From: an uncultured Alphaproteobacteria bacterium
Lineage (GTDB): Bacteria; Pseudomonadota; Alphaproteobacteria; Rhizobiales; Xanthobacteraceae
Reading direction: 5' to 3'
Length of the DNA: 64,000 nt
NCBI GenBank assembly: GCA_963797775.1
Contig: CAWCQV010000029.1
Span: 75,964-139,963, forward strand
This document shows positions 16,871 to 25,083 of the stretch, piece after piece; the first letter of the stretch is position 1; every line of letters starts with the position of its first letter. The notes beneath the pieces were generated by a model. The model made no database searches, was not told the origin of the DNA, and saw only the letters and a program-made list of their open reading frames with translations. Both the position numbers and the translations under genes were made by a program.

Positions 16871-19800
16871 TTATTCCGCCGGCTGCGGCGAGCTTTGGCT
16901 TTCCTTGCTGCGCCGCGGTCCGAACTGGGCGATGTAACGGGCGATGACATAGAACACCGGCGTGAAGATCAGCCCGAACGACGTGACCCCGATCATGCCG
17001 AAAAACACCGCAGTGCCGAGCGCTTGACGCAATTCCGCGCCGGCGCCGATCGCCCAGACCAGCGGGGTCACGCCGAGGATGAAGGCAAACGATGTCATCA
17101 GGATCGGCCGCAACCGCAGCCGCGTCGCCTCGACGGCGGCCTCCCAGCGATTGCGCCCCTGATCCTCCAATTGACGGGCGAACTCGACGATCAGGATGGC
17201 GTTCTTCGCAGCAAGGCCGATCAACACCACGAAGCCGACCTGGGTGAGGATGTTGTTGTCGAGACCGCGCAGGATGACGCCGGTAATGGCGGCGACGAGG
17301 CACATCGGCACAATCATGATCACGGCGAGCGGCAAGGTGAGGCTCTCATATTGCGCGGCCAGCACCAGGAAGACGAAGACCACCGCCAGAACGAACGCGA
17401 ACATCGCCGTACTGCCGGCCCTGATTTGCTGAAAGGCGAGCGTAGTCCACTCGGTGGCAAATCCCTGCGGCAGGGTGTCGGCGGCGAGCTTGTCCATTAT
17501 CGCGATCGCTTGGCCCTGCGAATAGCTGGGCGCGGCGACGCCGTCGATCTCGGCTGTGGGATAGAGGTTGTAGCGCGGCACGCGATAGGGACCGGCGATG
17601 TTGTCCACCGTGGTGAACGAGCCGAGCGGAACTGTATCGCCGTTGGAATTGCGCACCCTGATTTTCAGGACATCGCTCACATGCTGGCGATCCTGGTCGC
17701 GCGCCTGCGCCATGACGCGGAAAGTACGGCCGAACAAATTGAAGTCGTTGACGTAAGACGAGCCGATATAAACCTGCAGCGCGTTGAATACGTCCTGTAC
17801 GTTGACGCCGAGAAGCTGCGCCTTGACGCGATCGATATTCAAATAGACCTGCGGCGTCGAGGTCTCGAACAGCGAGAATGCCTGGGCAATGCCGGGCGTC
17901 TGCACCGCGCGCAGTACCAGTCCTTCGGTAGCCTCCCGCAATGCCTCCGACCCTTGTCCGCCGCGGTCCTCGACCATCATGCGGAAGCCGCCCGCGGTGC
18001 CGATGCCCAAAACCGGCGGCGGCAGCACCGCGATGATGAAAGCATCCTGGATAACCGACAGCCGGCGATTGAGCTCGGCCTGGATGGCGGCTGCGGATTC
18101 GCGCGGGTCGTGACCGCGCTTGGTATAGTCGTCGAGCACCAGAAACAGCGCGCCGGAATTGGGCGCGTTGGTGAAGGTCGCGCCGGAAAAGCCGACGATA
18201 TTCACCGCGTGCACCACCCCGGGCACGCCCAATGCGATATTGAGCGCCCGCTGCTGGACCGTGTCGGTGCGATCGAGCGAGGCACCCGGCGGCAGCTGAA
18301 CGACGACGATGATGTAGCCCCGGTCGACCTGCGGGATGAACCCGACCGGCGTGGTGCGAAAAGCGTTCAAGCCGAACGCGACGACGACGAGATAAATGCC
18401 GGCCATCATGACGACACGCCTAACCGTGCGTGTTGCCAGCCAGGAAATTCCGGATCCGACCTTGTCGAAGCTGCGATTGAAATAGCCGAAGAGTCGGTGG
18501 ATCGGTCGCAGCCACCAAGCGTCGCGGTGGTCATTCTCGTGCGGCTTGAGCAACAGCGCGCACATCGCCGGCGACAGCGTCAGCGAAACGATCAACGAAA
18601 TGACCGTGGCGCCGGTAATGGTCAGCGCAAATTGCCGATAGAATTGGCCGGATATGCCGGTGATGAAGATCGACGGCACGAACACCGCGCACAGCACCAG
18701 CGCGATCGCGATCAGCGCCGAACCGACCTCGTCCATGCTCTTGCGCGCGGCATCGCGCGGCGCCAGGCCGGAAGCGATATTGCGTTCGAAGTTCTCGACG
18801 ACGACGATGGCGTCGTCGACCACAATGCCGATGGCCAGGACGAGGCCGAACAGCGACAGATTGTTGAGCGTGAAGCCGAACGCCGCCATGAAAAAAAAGC
18901 TGCCGATGAGCGAGACGGGAATTGCCACAAGTGGAATAATGGCGGCACGCCAGGTTTGCAGGAACAAAATCACCACCAGCACGACGAGCACGATGGCCTC
19001 GCCGATGGTGTCGATCACCGCATCGACCGATTGCTGAATGAATTGCGTCGGGTTGTAGACTATGGCGTATTTGACGCCGGGGGGAAACCGTTTCGCCAAC
19101 ACCGCCATCAGATCGGTGACGCCTCTGGCAGTGGCGAGCGCATTAGAGCCCGGCCGCTGGAAAATGGCGAGCGCGACCGCGGGATCATGATCGAGGTACG
19201 AATTCGACGAATAATCGAGCGCGGCGAGCTGGATGTCGGCAACGTCGCGCAGCCGCACCACGGCGCCGGGCGTCTCTTTTATCACGATAGCGCCGAACTC
19301 CGCGGGCATGTCGAGTCGACCGAGCGTCTGCACCGCGACCTGGAATGCGCCGGGATGCGCCACCGGCGGCTGATCGAGCACGCCGGACGCGACCTGGATG
19401 TTCTGCGCCTGCAGGGCATTGGTGACGTCGGTTGCGGTCAAGCCGAGCGATTGCAAGCGATCGGGATCAAGCCAGATGCGCATCGAATAATCGCGGCTGC
19501 CGAAAACGGTGATCGAGCCGACGCCGTCGACGCGGGTGAGCGGATCGGTCACTTCGAGCGTGGCATAATTTGATATGAACAGAGCGTCACGCGATTTGTC
19601 CGGCGAATAAAGGTGTACGACCATCATCAGGTCGGGAGAGGATTTGGTGACGGTCACGCCGATATTGCGCACGTCGGCCGGCAGCCGCGGCTGCGCGATG
19701 GCGACGCGGTTCTGCACCTGCACCTGAGCGATGTCGAGATTGGTGCCGAGATCGAAGGTGACCTGGATCGAGAAGCGCCCATCCGCCGTCGAGTTTGACG

Positions 19801-20041
19801 ACATGTAGAGCATGTTCTCGACGCCGTTGATCTGCTCCTCCATCGGCGTGACCACCGTGGAGGCGACGACTTGGGCGCTGGCGCCGGGATACTGTCCGGT
19901 AACATTGATGATCGGCGGCGCGATCTCGGGATATTGCGCGATCGGCAGACGCGAGAACGCCACGCCGCCGAGAATGACGAAGACGATCGAGACCACGGCG
20001 GCGAAAATCGGCCGATCGATGAAGAAGTGCGAGAGGCGCAT
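16871..20041 (-). CDS. RND (HAE1, AcrB/MexB-like) efflux permease
   Basis: About 1056 aa, starting MRLSHFFIDRPIFAAVVSIVFVILGG... with a 12-TM architecture and large periplasmic loops. It lies downstream of an MFP gene. Confidence 0.95.
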   Translation of the reverse strand: MRLSHFFIDRPIFAAVVSIVFVILGGVAFSRLPIAQYPEIAPPIINVTGQYPGASAQVVASTVVTPMEEQINGVENMLYMSSNSTADGRFSIQVTFDLGTNLDIAQVQVQNRVAIAQPRLPADVRNIGVTVTKSSPDLMMVVHLYSPDKSRDALFISNYATLEVTDPLTRVDGVGSITVFGSRDYSMRIWLDPDRLQSLGLTATDVTNALQAQNIQVASGVLDQPPVAHPGAFQVAVQTLGRLDMPAEFGAIVIKETPGAVVRLRDVADIQLAALDYSSNSYLDHDPAVALAIFQRPGSNALATARGVTDLMAVLAKRFPPGVKYAIVYNPTQFIQQSVDAVIDTIGEAIVLVVLVVILFLQTWRAAIIPLVAIPVSLIGSFFFMAAFGFTLNNLSLFGLVLAIGIVVDDAIVVVENFERNIASGLAPRDAARKSMDEVGSALIAIALVLCAVFVPSIFITGISGQFYRQFALTITGATVISLIVSLTLSPAMCALLLKPHENDHRDAWWLRPIHRLFGYFNRSFDKVGSGISWLATRTVRRVVMMAGIYLVVVAFGLNAFRTTPVGFIPQVDRGYIIVVVQLPPGASLDRTDTVQQRALNIALGVPGVVHAVNIVGFSGATFTNAPNSGALFLVLDDYTKRGHDPRESAAAIQAELNRRLSVIQDAFIIAVLPPPVLGIGTAGGFRMMVEDRGGQGSEALREATEGLVLRAVQTPGIAQAFSLFETSTPQVYLNIDRVKAQLLGVNVQDVFNALQVYIGSSYVNDFNLFGRTFRVMAQARDQDRQHVSDVLKIRVRNSNGDTVPLGSFTTVDNIAGPYRVPRYNLYPTAEIDGVAAPSYSQGQAIAIMDKLAADTLPQGFATEWTTLAFQQIRAGSTAMFAFVLAVVFVFLVLAAQYESLTLPLAVIMIVPMCLVAAITGVILRGLDNNILTQVGFVVLIGLAAKNAILIVEFARQLEDQGRNRWEAAVEATRLRLRPILMTSFAFILGVTPLVWAIGAGAELRQALGTAVFFGMIGVTSFGLIFTPVFYVIARYIAQFGPRRSKESQSSPQPAE

Positions 20042-20044
20042 TTT

Positions 20045-20232
20045 ACGGTCCTGCTCCCTTCCCCCACCCGGGCCGCGCTTGCGCGCGCCCGAGTGCAAGC
20101 TTGTCAGGGAAGGGTCGGGAGGTGGGTCGTAAGGCGACGCGTCGACCTTGCGGTGTTAGCTTTCCACCCCCGCCCCTAGCCCCTCCCCACAAGGCGGAGG
20201 GGAAGAGCACGCCGCGGCGCATCGAAGTCATT
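20045..20232. repeat. C-rich/G-rich hairpin repeat cluster filling the MFP-RND spacer
   Basis: Contains cccttcccccaccc...gggaagggtcgggaggtggg and cccctcc-ccacaaggc-ggagggg. The hairpin ctctcccc-ttgcat-ggggagag at 9252-9273 is the same style of element. Confidence 0.6.
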
Positions 20233-20235
20233 ATT

Positions 20236-21564
20236 TCATTCCACCTTGGCCTGGCCGCCGGCCTTAGCCGGCGCGGCGGGATTGCTCTGTTCCTCCGCCT
20301 TCACCTTGATCCCCGGCCGTGCGTGCATCAGCCCATTGACGATCACGCGATCGGTCGCAAGCAATCCGTCCTTGATGACCCGCAAGCCATCGTCGAGTTG
20401 GCCGGACGTCACGTATTTCTGCCGCACGGCGCCGGTGTCGTCGACGGCCAGCACGTACTTTCGCGCTTGTTCGGAACCGATCGCCGCGTCGGGAATGAGC
20501 AGCGCAGTATAGGGCGGCGAACCGGGAACGCGGATGCGGCCGAACATACCGGGGGTGAACAGGCCGTTGGGATTGCCGAATATCGCGCGGCCGCGGATCG
20601 TGCCCGACGCTGTGCTGATGACATTATCGACGAAATCGATCTTGCCGGCATGGTCGAAATTCTTCTCGTCGATCAATTCGAGGAACACCGGAACGCCGGT
20701 GTCGACGCCGCCTTGGCTCTGGTCCGCACCTGGTGGATCGGCTTTTTGATCGGGTTGTTGACCGGATTTCTGATCGGCTTGCTTGTTGATTTGCTTCTCC
20801 GCCTGTGGATCGGTTTGGCTAGATTGCCGATCGGCCGATTGATCGGATTTTCGAGTTCTCGCAAACCGCTCGTAGCGGAGATATGACTGCTCGTCGAAAG
20901 TAAATTCGAAGCGGATCGGATCGACCGAAACGATGGTGGCCAGCAGCGTGGTATTGCCGCCGGTGCCGCCGGTGACGAGATTGCCGACCGAGACGCGGCG
21001 GTCGCCGATGCGCCCATCGATCGGCGCGCGCAGCTCGCTATATTGGTCGAGATCGAGCTCGGCGGAATGCACCATCGCCTCCTGCGCGGCCACGGAAGCT
21101 TCCGCCACGTTCTTGGCTTGGGTGCGCTGGTCGTAGGTCTGTTCGGTGATAGTCTTGTTTTGCAACAGCGCCTGGCCGCGTTGCAGGTCGGCCTGGGCGA
21201 AGGAGAGATTGGCGCGCGCCTGAGCGAGGTTGGCGCGCATTTGTTCCAGCACGATCTCGAACGGCCGGCGATCGACGGTGAAAAGAAGATCGCCCTTCTT
21301 CACCATTTGCCCGTCAGTGAAATGGATCGCCGAAAGATAACCGGACAGCCGCGAGCGGATCTCGACGGAATCCAGCGCGACGAAGCGGCCGACATATTCG
21401 TCGTAATCGACGACCGTGCGTTGCACCGGTTTGGACACGGTGACGGTCGGCGGCGGAAAGGACGCGCTTTGCTGTTGACCGCGGCTGCAGCCGGCCAATG
21501 TAAGCATGAGTGCAGCCGTCGCCGGCAACAGGACGCCAAGACGTGCCGCAATTACGAAATTCAT
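20236..21564 (-). CDS. RND efflux periplasmic adaptor (membrane fusion protein) with a lipoprotein signal
   Basis: 442 aa. Lipobox LTLAGC. Typical MFP hairpin and lipoyl segments (VTVSKPV...VEIRSRLSGYL...GDLLFTVD). Carries a Q/D/K-rich insert at aa 236-286. Confidence 0.9.
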   Translation of the reverse strand: MNFVIAARLGVLLPATAALMLTLAGCSRGQQQSASFPPPTVTVSKPVQRTVVDYDEYVGRFVALDSVEIRSRLSGYLSAIHFTDGQMVKKGDLLFTVDRRPFEIVLEQMRANLAQARANLSFAQADLQRGQALLQNKTITEQTYDQRTQAKNVAEASVAAQEAMVHSAELDLDQYSELRAPIDGRIGDRRVSVGNLVTGGTGGNTTLLATIVSVDPIRFEFTFDEQSYLRYERFARTRKSDQSADRQSSQTDPQAEKQINKQADQKSGQQPDQKADPPGADQSQGGVDTGVPVFLELIDEKNFDHAGKIDFVDNVISTASGTIRGRAIFGNPNGLFTPGMFGRIRVPGSPPYTALLIPDAAIGSEQARKYVLAVDDTGAVRQKYVTSGQLDDGLRVIKDGLLATDRVIVNGLMHARPGIKVKAEEQSNPAAPAKAGGQAKVE

Positions 21565-21735
21565 GGGTCTTTCCTCAACCGTCTCGGCATCATAGGCCTC
21601 GGTCGCTGTCGATTACACGAGACGCATGGCGCGAGAGTGCCGGTTCTTCCTTAATCCCGGCGGGCTCCCCATATCTGCGCCCATCCCAACATTCACCAAG
21701 ACCGGCCTAATGCCGGGCTCATAGCCTGATTTCCC

Positions 21736-22812
21736 ATGACAATCATCCCCTTAGCCGATGCCGCCCGGGGCTTCCCGAGCGCCACCGCCCCAGTATCCGT
21801 TCCGGCCGACGATCAGGCGCTCCTTGATGCCTATTCGCGGGCCGTCATCGACGTGGTCGACCGGGTCGGCCCCGCCGTCGTGCGCCTTGCCGTCCATGCC
21901 GAGCAATCCCGCGGCGGCACCGGTTCGGGCGTCATTGTGGCGCCGGACGGTCTCATCCTGACCAACAGCCACGTCGCGGGTCATAGCCCCACTGGCAGCG
22001 CCGCGCGCATCGAGGTGACGACCGCCGACGGCCAGGATTTGCATGCACGCCTGGTCGGCGATGACGCCGACACCGATCTCGCGCTGATCCGCGTCGACGA
22101 GCCCGTCACACTGCCGGCCGCGCCGCTCGGCAACTCCAAGCGCCTCAAACGTGGCCAACTCGTGATCGCCATCGGCAATCCGCTCGGCTTCGAATCGACG
22201 GTGACGCCGGGCGTGGTTTCGGCGCTCGGCCGTAGCTTGCGGTCGCGCAGCGGCCGCCTGATCGACGACGTGATCCAAACCGACGCCGCGCTCAATCCCG
22301 GCAATTCCGGCGGCCCTTTGGTGTCGTCGCGCGGCGAAGTCGTCGGCATCAACACCGCTGTGATCGTGGGCGCGCAGGGCATCTGCTTTGCGGTCGCGGA
22401 CAATACGGCAAGCTTCGTGCTTGGTGAATTGGTCCGCCATGGCCGAGTGCGCCGCGCCTTCATTGGCATCGCCGCGCAGCAGACTGCGATCCCGGCCCGC
22501 CGTCGCCGCGCCGCGGGTCTCACGCAAGACGGCGCGGTCATGATCGGCACGGTCGAGCTGGACAGCGCCGCAGCGCGCGCTGGCCTCAAACCCGGTGACA
22601 TTATTCTCGGCCTCGACAGCGAGACGATCGCCGGCGCCGACGATCTGGTGCGCGCGCTTACCGGCGAAAAAATCGGCCGTAGCGTCGCGCTCGATGTGCT
22701 GCGCGGGATGGAACGGTTGACGCTCGCGGTGGTGCCGCAGAGCGGCGGCGCCGCTAGCGGATCAATTCCGCGGCGACGGCGGCGATGGCAAGTCCGAGCC
22801 ACGCGGCGATGA
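21736..22812 (+). CDS. S1C (HtrA/DegP-like) trypsin-type serine protease with a C-terminal PDZ domain
   Basis: Contains GSGVIVAPDGLILTNSHV, DLALIRV and TDAALNPGNSGGPLV (the catalytic Ser motif), plus a PDZ-like GLKPGDIILGLD. The last ~20 codons overlap the convergent DUF423 gene. Confidence 0.85.
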   Translation: MTIIPLADAARGFPSATAPVSVPADDQALLDAYSRAVIDVVDRVGPAVVRLAVHAEQSRGGTGSGVIVAPDGLILTNSHVAGHSPTGSAARIEVTTADGQDLHARLVGDDADTDLALIRVDEPVTLPAAPLGNSKRLKRGQLVIAIGNPLGFESTVTPGVVSALGRSLRSRSGRLIDDVIQTDAALNPGNSGGPLVSSRGEVVGINTAVIVGAQGICFAVADNTASFVLGELVRHGRVRRAFIGIAAQQTAIPARRRRAAGLTQDGAVMIGTVELDSAAARAGLKPGDIILGLDSETIAGADDLVRALTGEKIGRSVALDVLRGMERLTLAVVPQSGGAASGSIPRRRRRWQVRATRR

Positions 22813-23122
22813 GGATGAGCCCGCCGAACGGCGCGGCAAACGGGAATAGCCGGTGGCCGATGAACCCGCGGAGCGCGATGTCGCCGGAAAACAAAGCGGC
22901 ACCTACTACCCATGCGGCGAGCACGACGAGCGCCAACGGCCGCCACAACACGCCCTGCTGCAGGAGTGCCGCGCCGCCAAGTACGGAGGCGGCGTGGAAC
23001 AGCAGCATATAAGCGGCGCCGTCGAGCCCGGCTCCCGGTGCGACGTGTGCACCGGCAGCCGCCAGCACAATTCCCCCCGCGCCCATCAGGCCGGCGAGCG
23101 CAATCAAGATTGTCAGAGCCAT
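22754..23122 (-). CDS. DUF423 (YgdD/TMEM256-like) small membrane protein
   Basis: 122 aa with four TM segments: MALTILIALAGLMGAGGIVLAAAGAH...LLFHAA...GDIALR... The start is set at ATG 23122. Confidence 0.7.
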   Translation of the reverse strand: MALTILIALAGLMGAGGIVLAAAGAHVAPGAGLDGAAYMLLFHAASVLGGAALLQQGVLWRPLALVVLAAWVVGAALFSGDIALRGFIGHRLFPFAAPFGGLILIAAWLGLAIAAVAAELIR

Positions 23123-23145
23123 CGATCGGCGTCCTTGCGTGCCGA

Positions 23146-23985
23146 TCACGCCGGCACTTCGCCCTTGAGCATCAGGCGGTAGAGAAAGCGGCGCTCGTTC
23201 ATGTCGTAGTCGGGGTTGGCTTGGTGCATGACGCTGCGATTGTCCCACAGCACCCAGTCGCCGTGCCGCCATTGGTGGCGATATTCGTATTTCTTCTGCG
23301 TCGCGTGCGCCATCAGTTCGTCGATCAGCTTGAGCGCATCGTCGTCGGCCATGCCGACAATGGATTCCATGCGCACCGGATTGAGGTAGAGGGCCTTGCG
23401 CCCGTTCTCCGGATGCGTGCGCACCAAGGGATGCACGCCGGGCGGCGGCAATTGTGCTCGGCTTTCCTCATTGAGGCCGGAGAGCGCGCGGGGGCTGTAT
23501 TTGCTCTGATAGACGTGCACCGCCTTGAGCCCATCGATGCGCCGCTTGGTGTCGGCGGGCAGATCGTCATAGGCGTCGTGCATATTGACGTATTGGGTGT
23601 CGCCGCCGCGCGACGGCAGATCGACTGCGAACAATGTCGTCGCCTTGGGCGGGGCCGGATGATTGGAATGGTCGGTGTGGAAGGTCTCGCCCGGGATCAT
23701 GCGCTTGCCGTTCACGATCACGTCGTTGGAGACGTAGTAAACGTCGGGGTGGCCGGAGACGTGCTGCTCTTTCTTGTCGTGGATTTGCAGCTCGCCGAAC
23801 AATTGCGCGGCGGCCTTGAACTCGAGCGGGTCGAAGTGCTGGTCGCGCATGACCAGCACGTGATGCTCGAGGAAGGCCCGGTTCAGCGCGGCGCGGGCTT
23901 CCGCATCGACCGGCTCGGTGAAATCGAGTCCGACGACTTCGGCGCCAGTGTGACCCGTCAGCGGCGTAATGGTGAAGGATGTCAT
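23146..23985 (-). CDS. TauD/TfdA family Fe(II)/2-oxoglutarate-dependent dioxygenase
   Basis: 279 aa. Contains ...FHTDHSNHPAPPKATTLFAVDLPSRGGDTQYVNMHDAYDDLP...WDNRSVMHQA, i.e. the HxD...H facial triad and the TauD pattern. Confidence 0.85.
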   Translation of the reverse strand: MTSFTITPLTGHTGAEVVGLDFTEPVDAEARAALNRAFLEHHVLVMRDQHFDPLEFKAAAQLFGELQIHDKKEQHVSGHPDVYYVSNDVIVNGKRMIPGETFHTDHSNHPAPPKATTLFAVDLPSRGGDTQYVNMHDAYDDLPADTKRRIDGLKAVHVYQSKYSPRALSGLNEESRAQLPPPGVHPLVRTHPENGRKALYLNPVRMESIVGMADDDALKLIDELMAHATQKKYEYRHQWRHGDWVLWDNRSVMHQANPDYDMNERRFLYRLMLKGEVPA

Positions 23986-24145
23986 GTCCGTTTCCTCCGC
24001 ACTGCTGTTTTACCGAAACGCTATCGCCGGCCGCAGGCCGGATCAAGCAGCGGATTCGTTGACTGCCCACCCGCGAAAGCAGACCGCGATGGAGCTGGAC
24101 CGCGCTTTTGCGGAGTTTATCTAAGCGGCAGCACGATGGCGAACA

Positions 24146-24334
24146 ATGGCCGCCAGCGTCCCGCTTCCGAAGTTCGCATTGCGGACGGCAATAGTCGCCG
24201 TGTTATCGGCATGCGGACAACAAACAACAACCAAACAACCGCCGTATTTGCCGACCGACAACGCGGCGAGAATTTGGCGCGTTGTCCAGCGAACAAATAC
24301 TAGCCATGCAAAATCGGGCATCACGATAGCCTGA
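24146..24334 (+). CDS. Candidate small lipoprotein (62 aa); hypothetical
   Basis: MAASVPLPKFALRTAIVAVLSAC-GQQTT... has a basic n-region, a hydrophobic core and an L-S-A-C lipobox. There is no clear SD, and the codon usage is atypical for this genome (ATA, TTA, ACA, CAA). It may be non-coding. Confidence 0.3.
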   Translation: MAASVPLPKFALRTAIVAVLSACGQQTTTKQPPYLPTDNAARIWRVVQRTNTSHAKSGITIA

Positions 24335-24394
24335 AGCGATGCTATGACGCCGCGCGTGCGTCGTGCTGATAACGAGGCACGGCCGTCCGCTCAG

Positions 24395-24428
24395 CCTCGC
24401 CAAGCTTTCTGTTTGGCGGGGCTTTTTT
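24395..24428 (+). terminator. Intrinsic terminator (or attenuator) 46 nt upstream of the CHAP gene start
   Basis: A 9-bp stem pairs cctcgccaa (24395-24403) with ttggcgggg (24413-24421). It is followed by CTTTTTTG (24422-24429). Confidence 0.7.
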
Positions 24429-24474
24429 GCGGACGGCGACAACAAGCGTGTGTGTAACGAGTAGGAGTCATCGC

Positions 24475-24999
24475 ATGAAGAAGACGACCTTGGCGGTCGC
24501 CGTTGCGGCCATCGTAACGTTTGCGCAATCCGCACAGGCTCGCGAACATCATGACCGGCACATTCATCACCATGTCGTGAGCCGCGGCGTGGTGGCGCAG
24601 CCGCATCGGGAATGGGCGCGGGGCGATCAATTGGCGTGGCAACCGCAGCCGTACGCGCCCGGCGCTTTCGGCCTTTCGGCGCCCGGCTTCGACAGCTATC
24701 TGCAACCCAACGCCTATCGCGGCCGTGACCGCGGCCGGCCGGCGGCGTGGTGCGGGTGGGAAATGCGACGGCTCGTTTCCAGCGATCCTGGTCCGTCCTT
24801 CAATCTCGCACGCAATTGGGAGCATTGGGGCCGGCCCGGCCCGGCCGGAATCGGCGCGGTCGTTGTCTGGCCGCATCACGTTGGCAAGATTGTCGGCCAG
24901 GAGAACGGTCAGTGGGTGATTGAATCCGGCAATGACGGGCACGGGCTGCGGACCCGCGCGCGTTCGATCGGGGGCGCCATCGCGATTAGATGGGGTTAA
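24475..24999 (+). CDS. Secreted CHAP/NlpC-P60-like putative peptidoglycan amidase with a His-rich N-terminal region
   Basis: AGGAG lies 8 nt upstream. Sec signal MKKTTLAVAVAAIVTFAQSAQA, then REHHDRHIHHHVV. Candidate catalytic Cys in PAAWCGWEM and His in VVWPHHVGKIV, followed by ESGNDG. Confidence 0.65.
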   Translation: MKKTTLAVAVAAIVTFAQSAQAREHHDRHIHHHVVSRGVVAQPHREWARGDQLAWQPQPYAPGAFGLSAPGFDSYLQPNAYRGRDRGRPAAWCGWEMRRLVSSDPGPSFNLARNWEHWGRPGPAGIGAVVVWPHHVGKIVGQENGQWVIESGNDGHGLRTRARSIGGAIAIRWG

Positions 25000-25026
25000 G
25001 CGCGACCGCGCTCCTAAAATACTGCG

Positions 25027-25058
25027 ACGAAAAGGGTCGCCCGGTCACCGGGCGGCCC
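25027..25058 (-). terminator. Intrinsic terminator after the Mo-hydroxylase gene (the hairpin also lies downstream of the convergent CHAP gene)
   Basis: An 11-bp stem pairs gggtcgcccgg (25034-25044) with ccgggcggccc (25048-25058). On the minus strand it is followed by TTTTCG. Confidence 0.6.
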
Positions 25059-25083
25059 GATTCTTCGGCGGTCAAGTCTGCGG

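Noticed and set aside
16859-16874. 16-bp perfect palindrome ATAAGCGGCCGCTTAT overlapping the RND stop codon
   Set aside because: It has no loop and no U-tract. It is too short to call as a terminator or operator without other evidence.
16269-17303. 344-aa ORF upstream of, and including, the class II cytochrome c
   Set aside because: The cytochrome begins at MIQKLLLALAIL (16715) with its own signal peptide. The N-terminal 195 aa overlap the RND gene end in another frame and are Arg/Pro-rich.
16844-19573. 909-aa plus-strand ORF
   Set aside because: It is entirely antisense to the well-supported RND pump gene. Its product is Arg/Asp/His/Gly-rich low-complexity sequence, typical of shadow frames in high-GC genes. 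The same applies to 4306-5571, 7483-8955, 22912-24303, 25414-26751, 29338-31227, 56181-57371 and 60449-61513.
20740-20860. Degenerate (T/C)GATCGG repeats as a CRISPR-like or VNTR array
   Set aside because: The units are short, imperfect and irregularly spaced, and they lie inside the MFP reading frame. This is coding low-complexity sequence, not an array.
22754-22812. 59-nt convergent overlap of the HtrA-like and DUF423 genes
   Set aside because: This is most likely a late stop in a GC-rich tail (..GGAASGSIPRRRRRWQVRATRR) rather than a functional overlap. Such overlaps are common in high-GC genomes.
24100-24400. tmRNA or another known structured RNA in the long spacer
   Set aside because: I saw no T-arm-like GGTTCGA motif, no ANDN-type tag reading frame, and no other signature I recognise. 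It is kept only as an unclassified candidate transcript (see findings).
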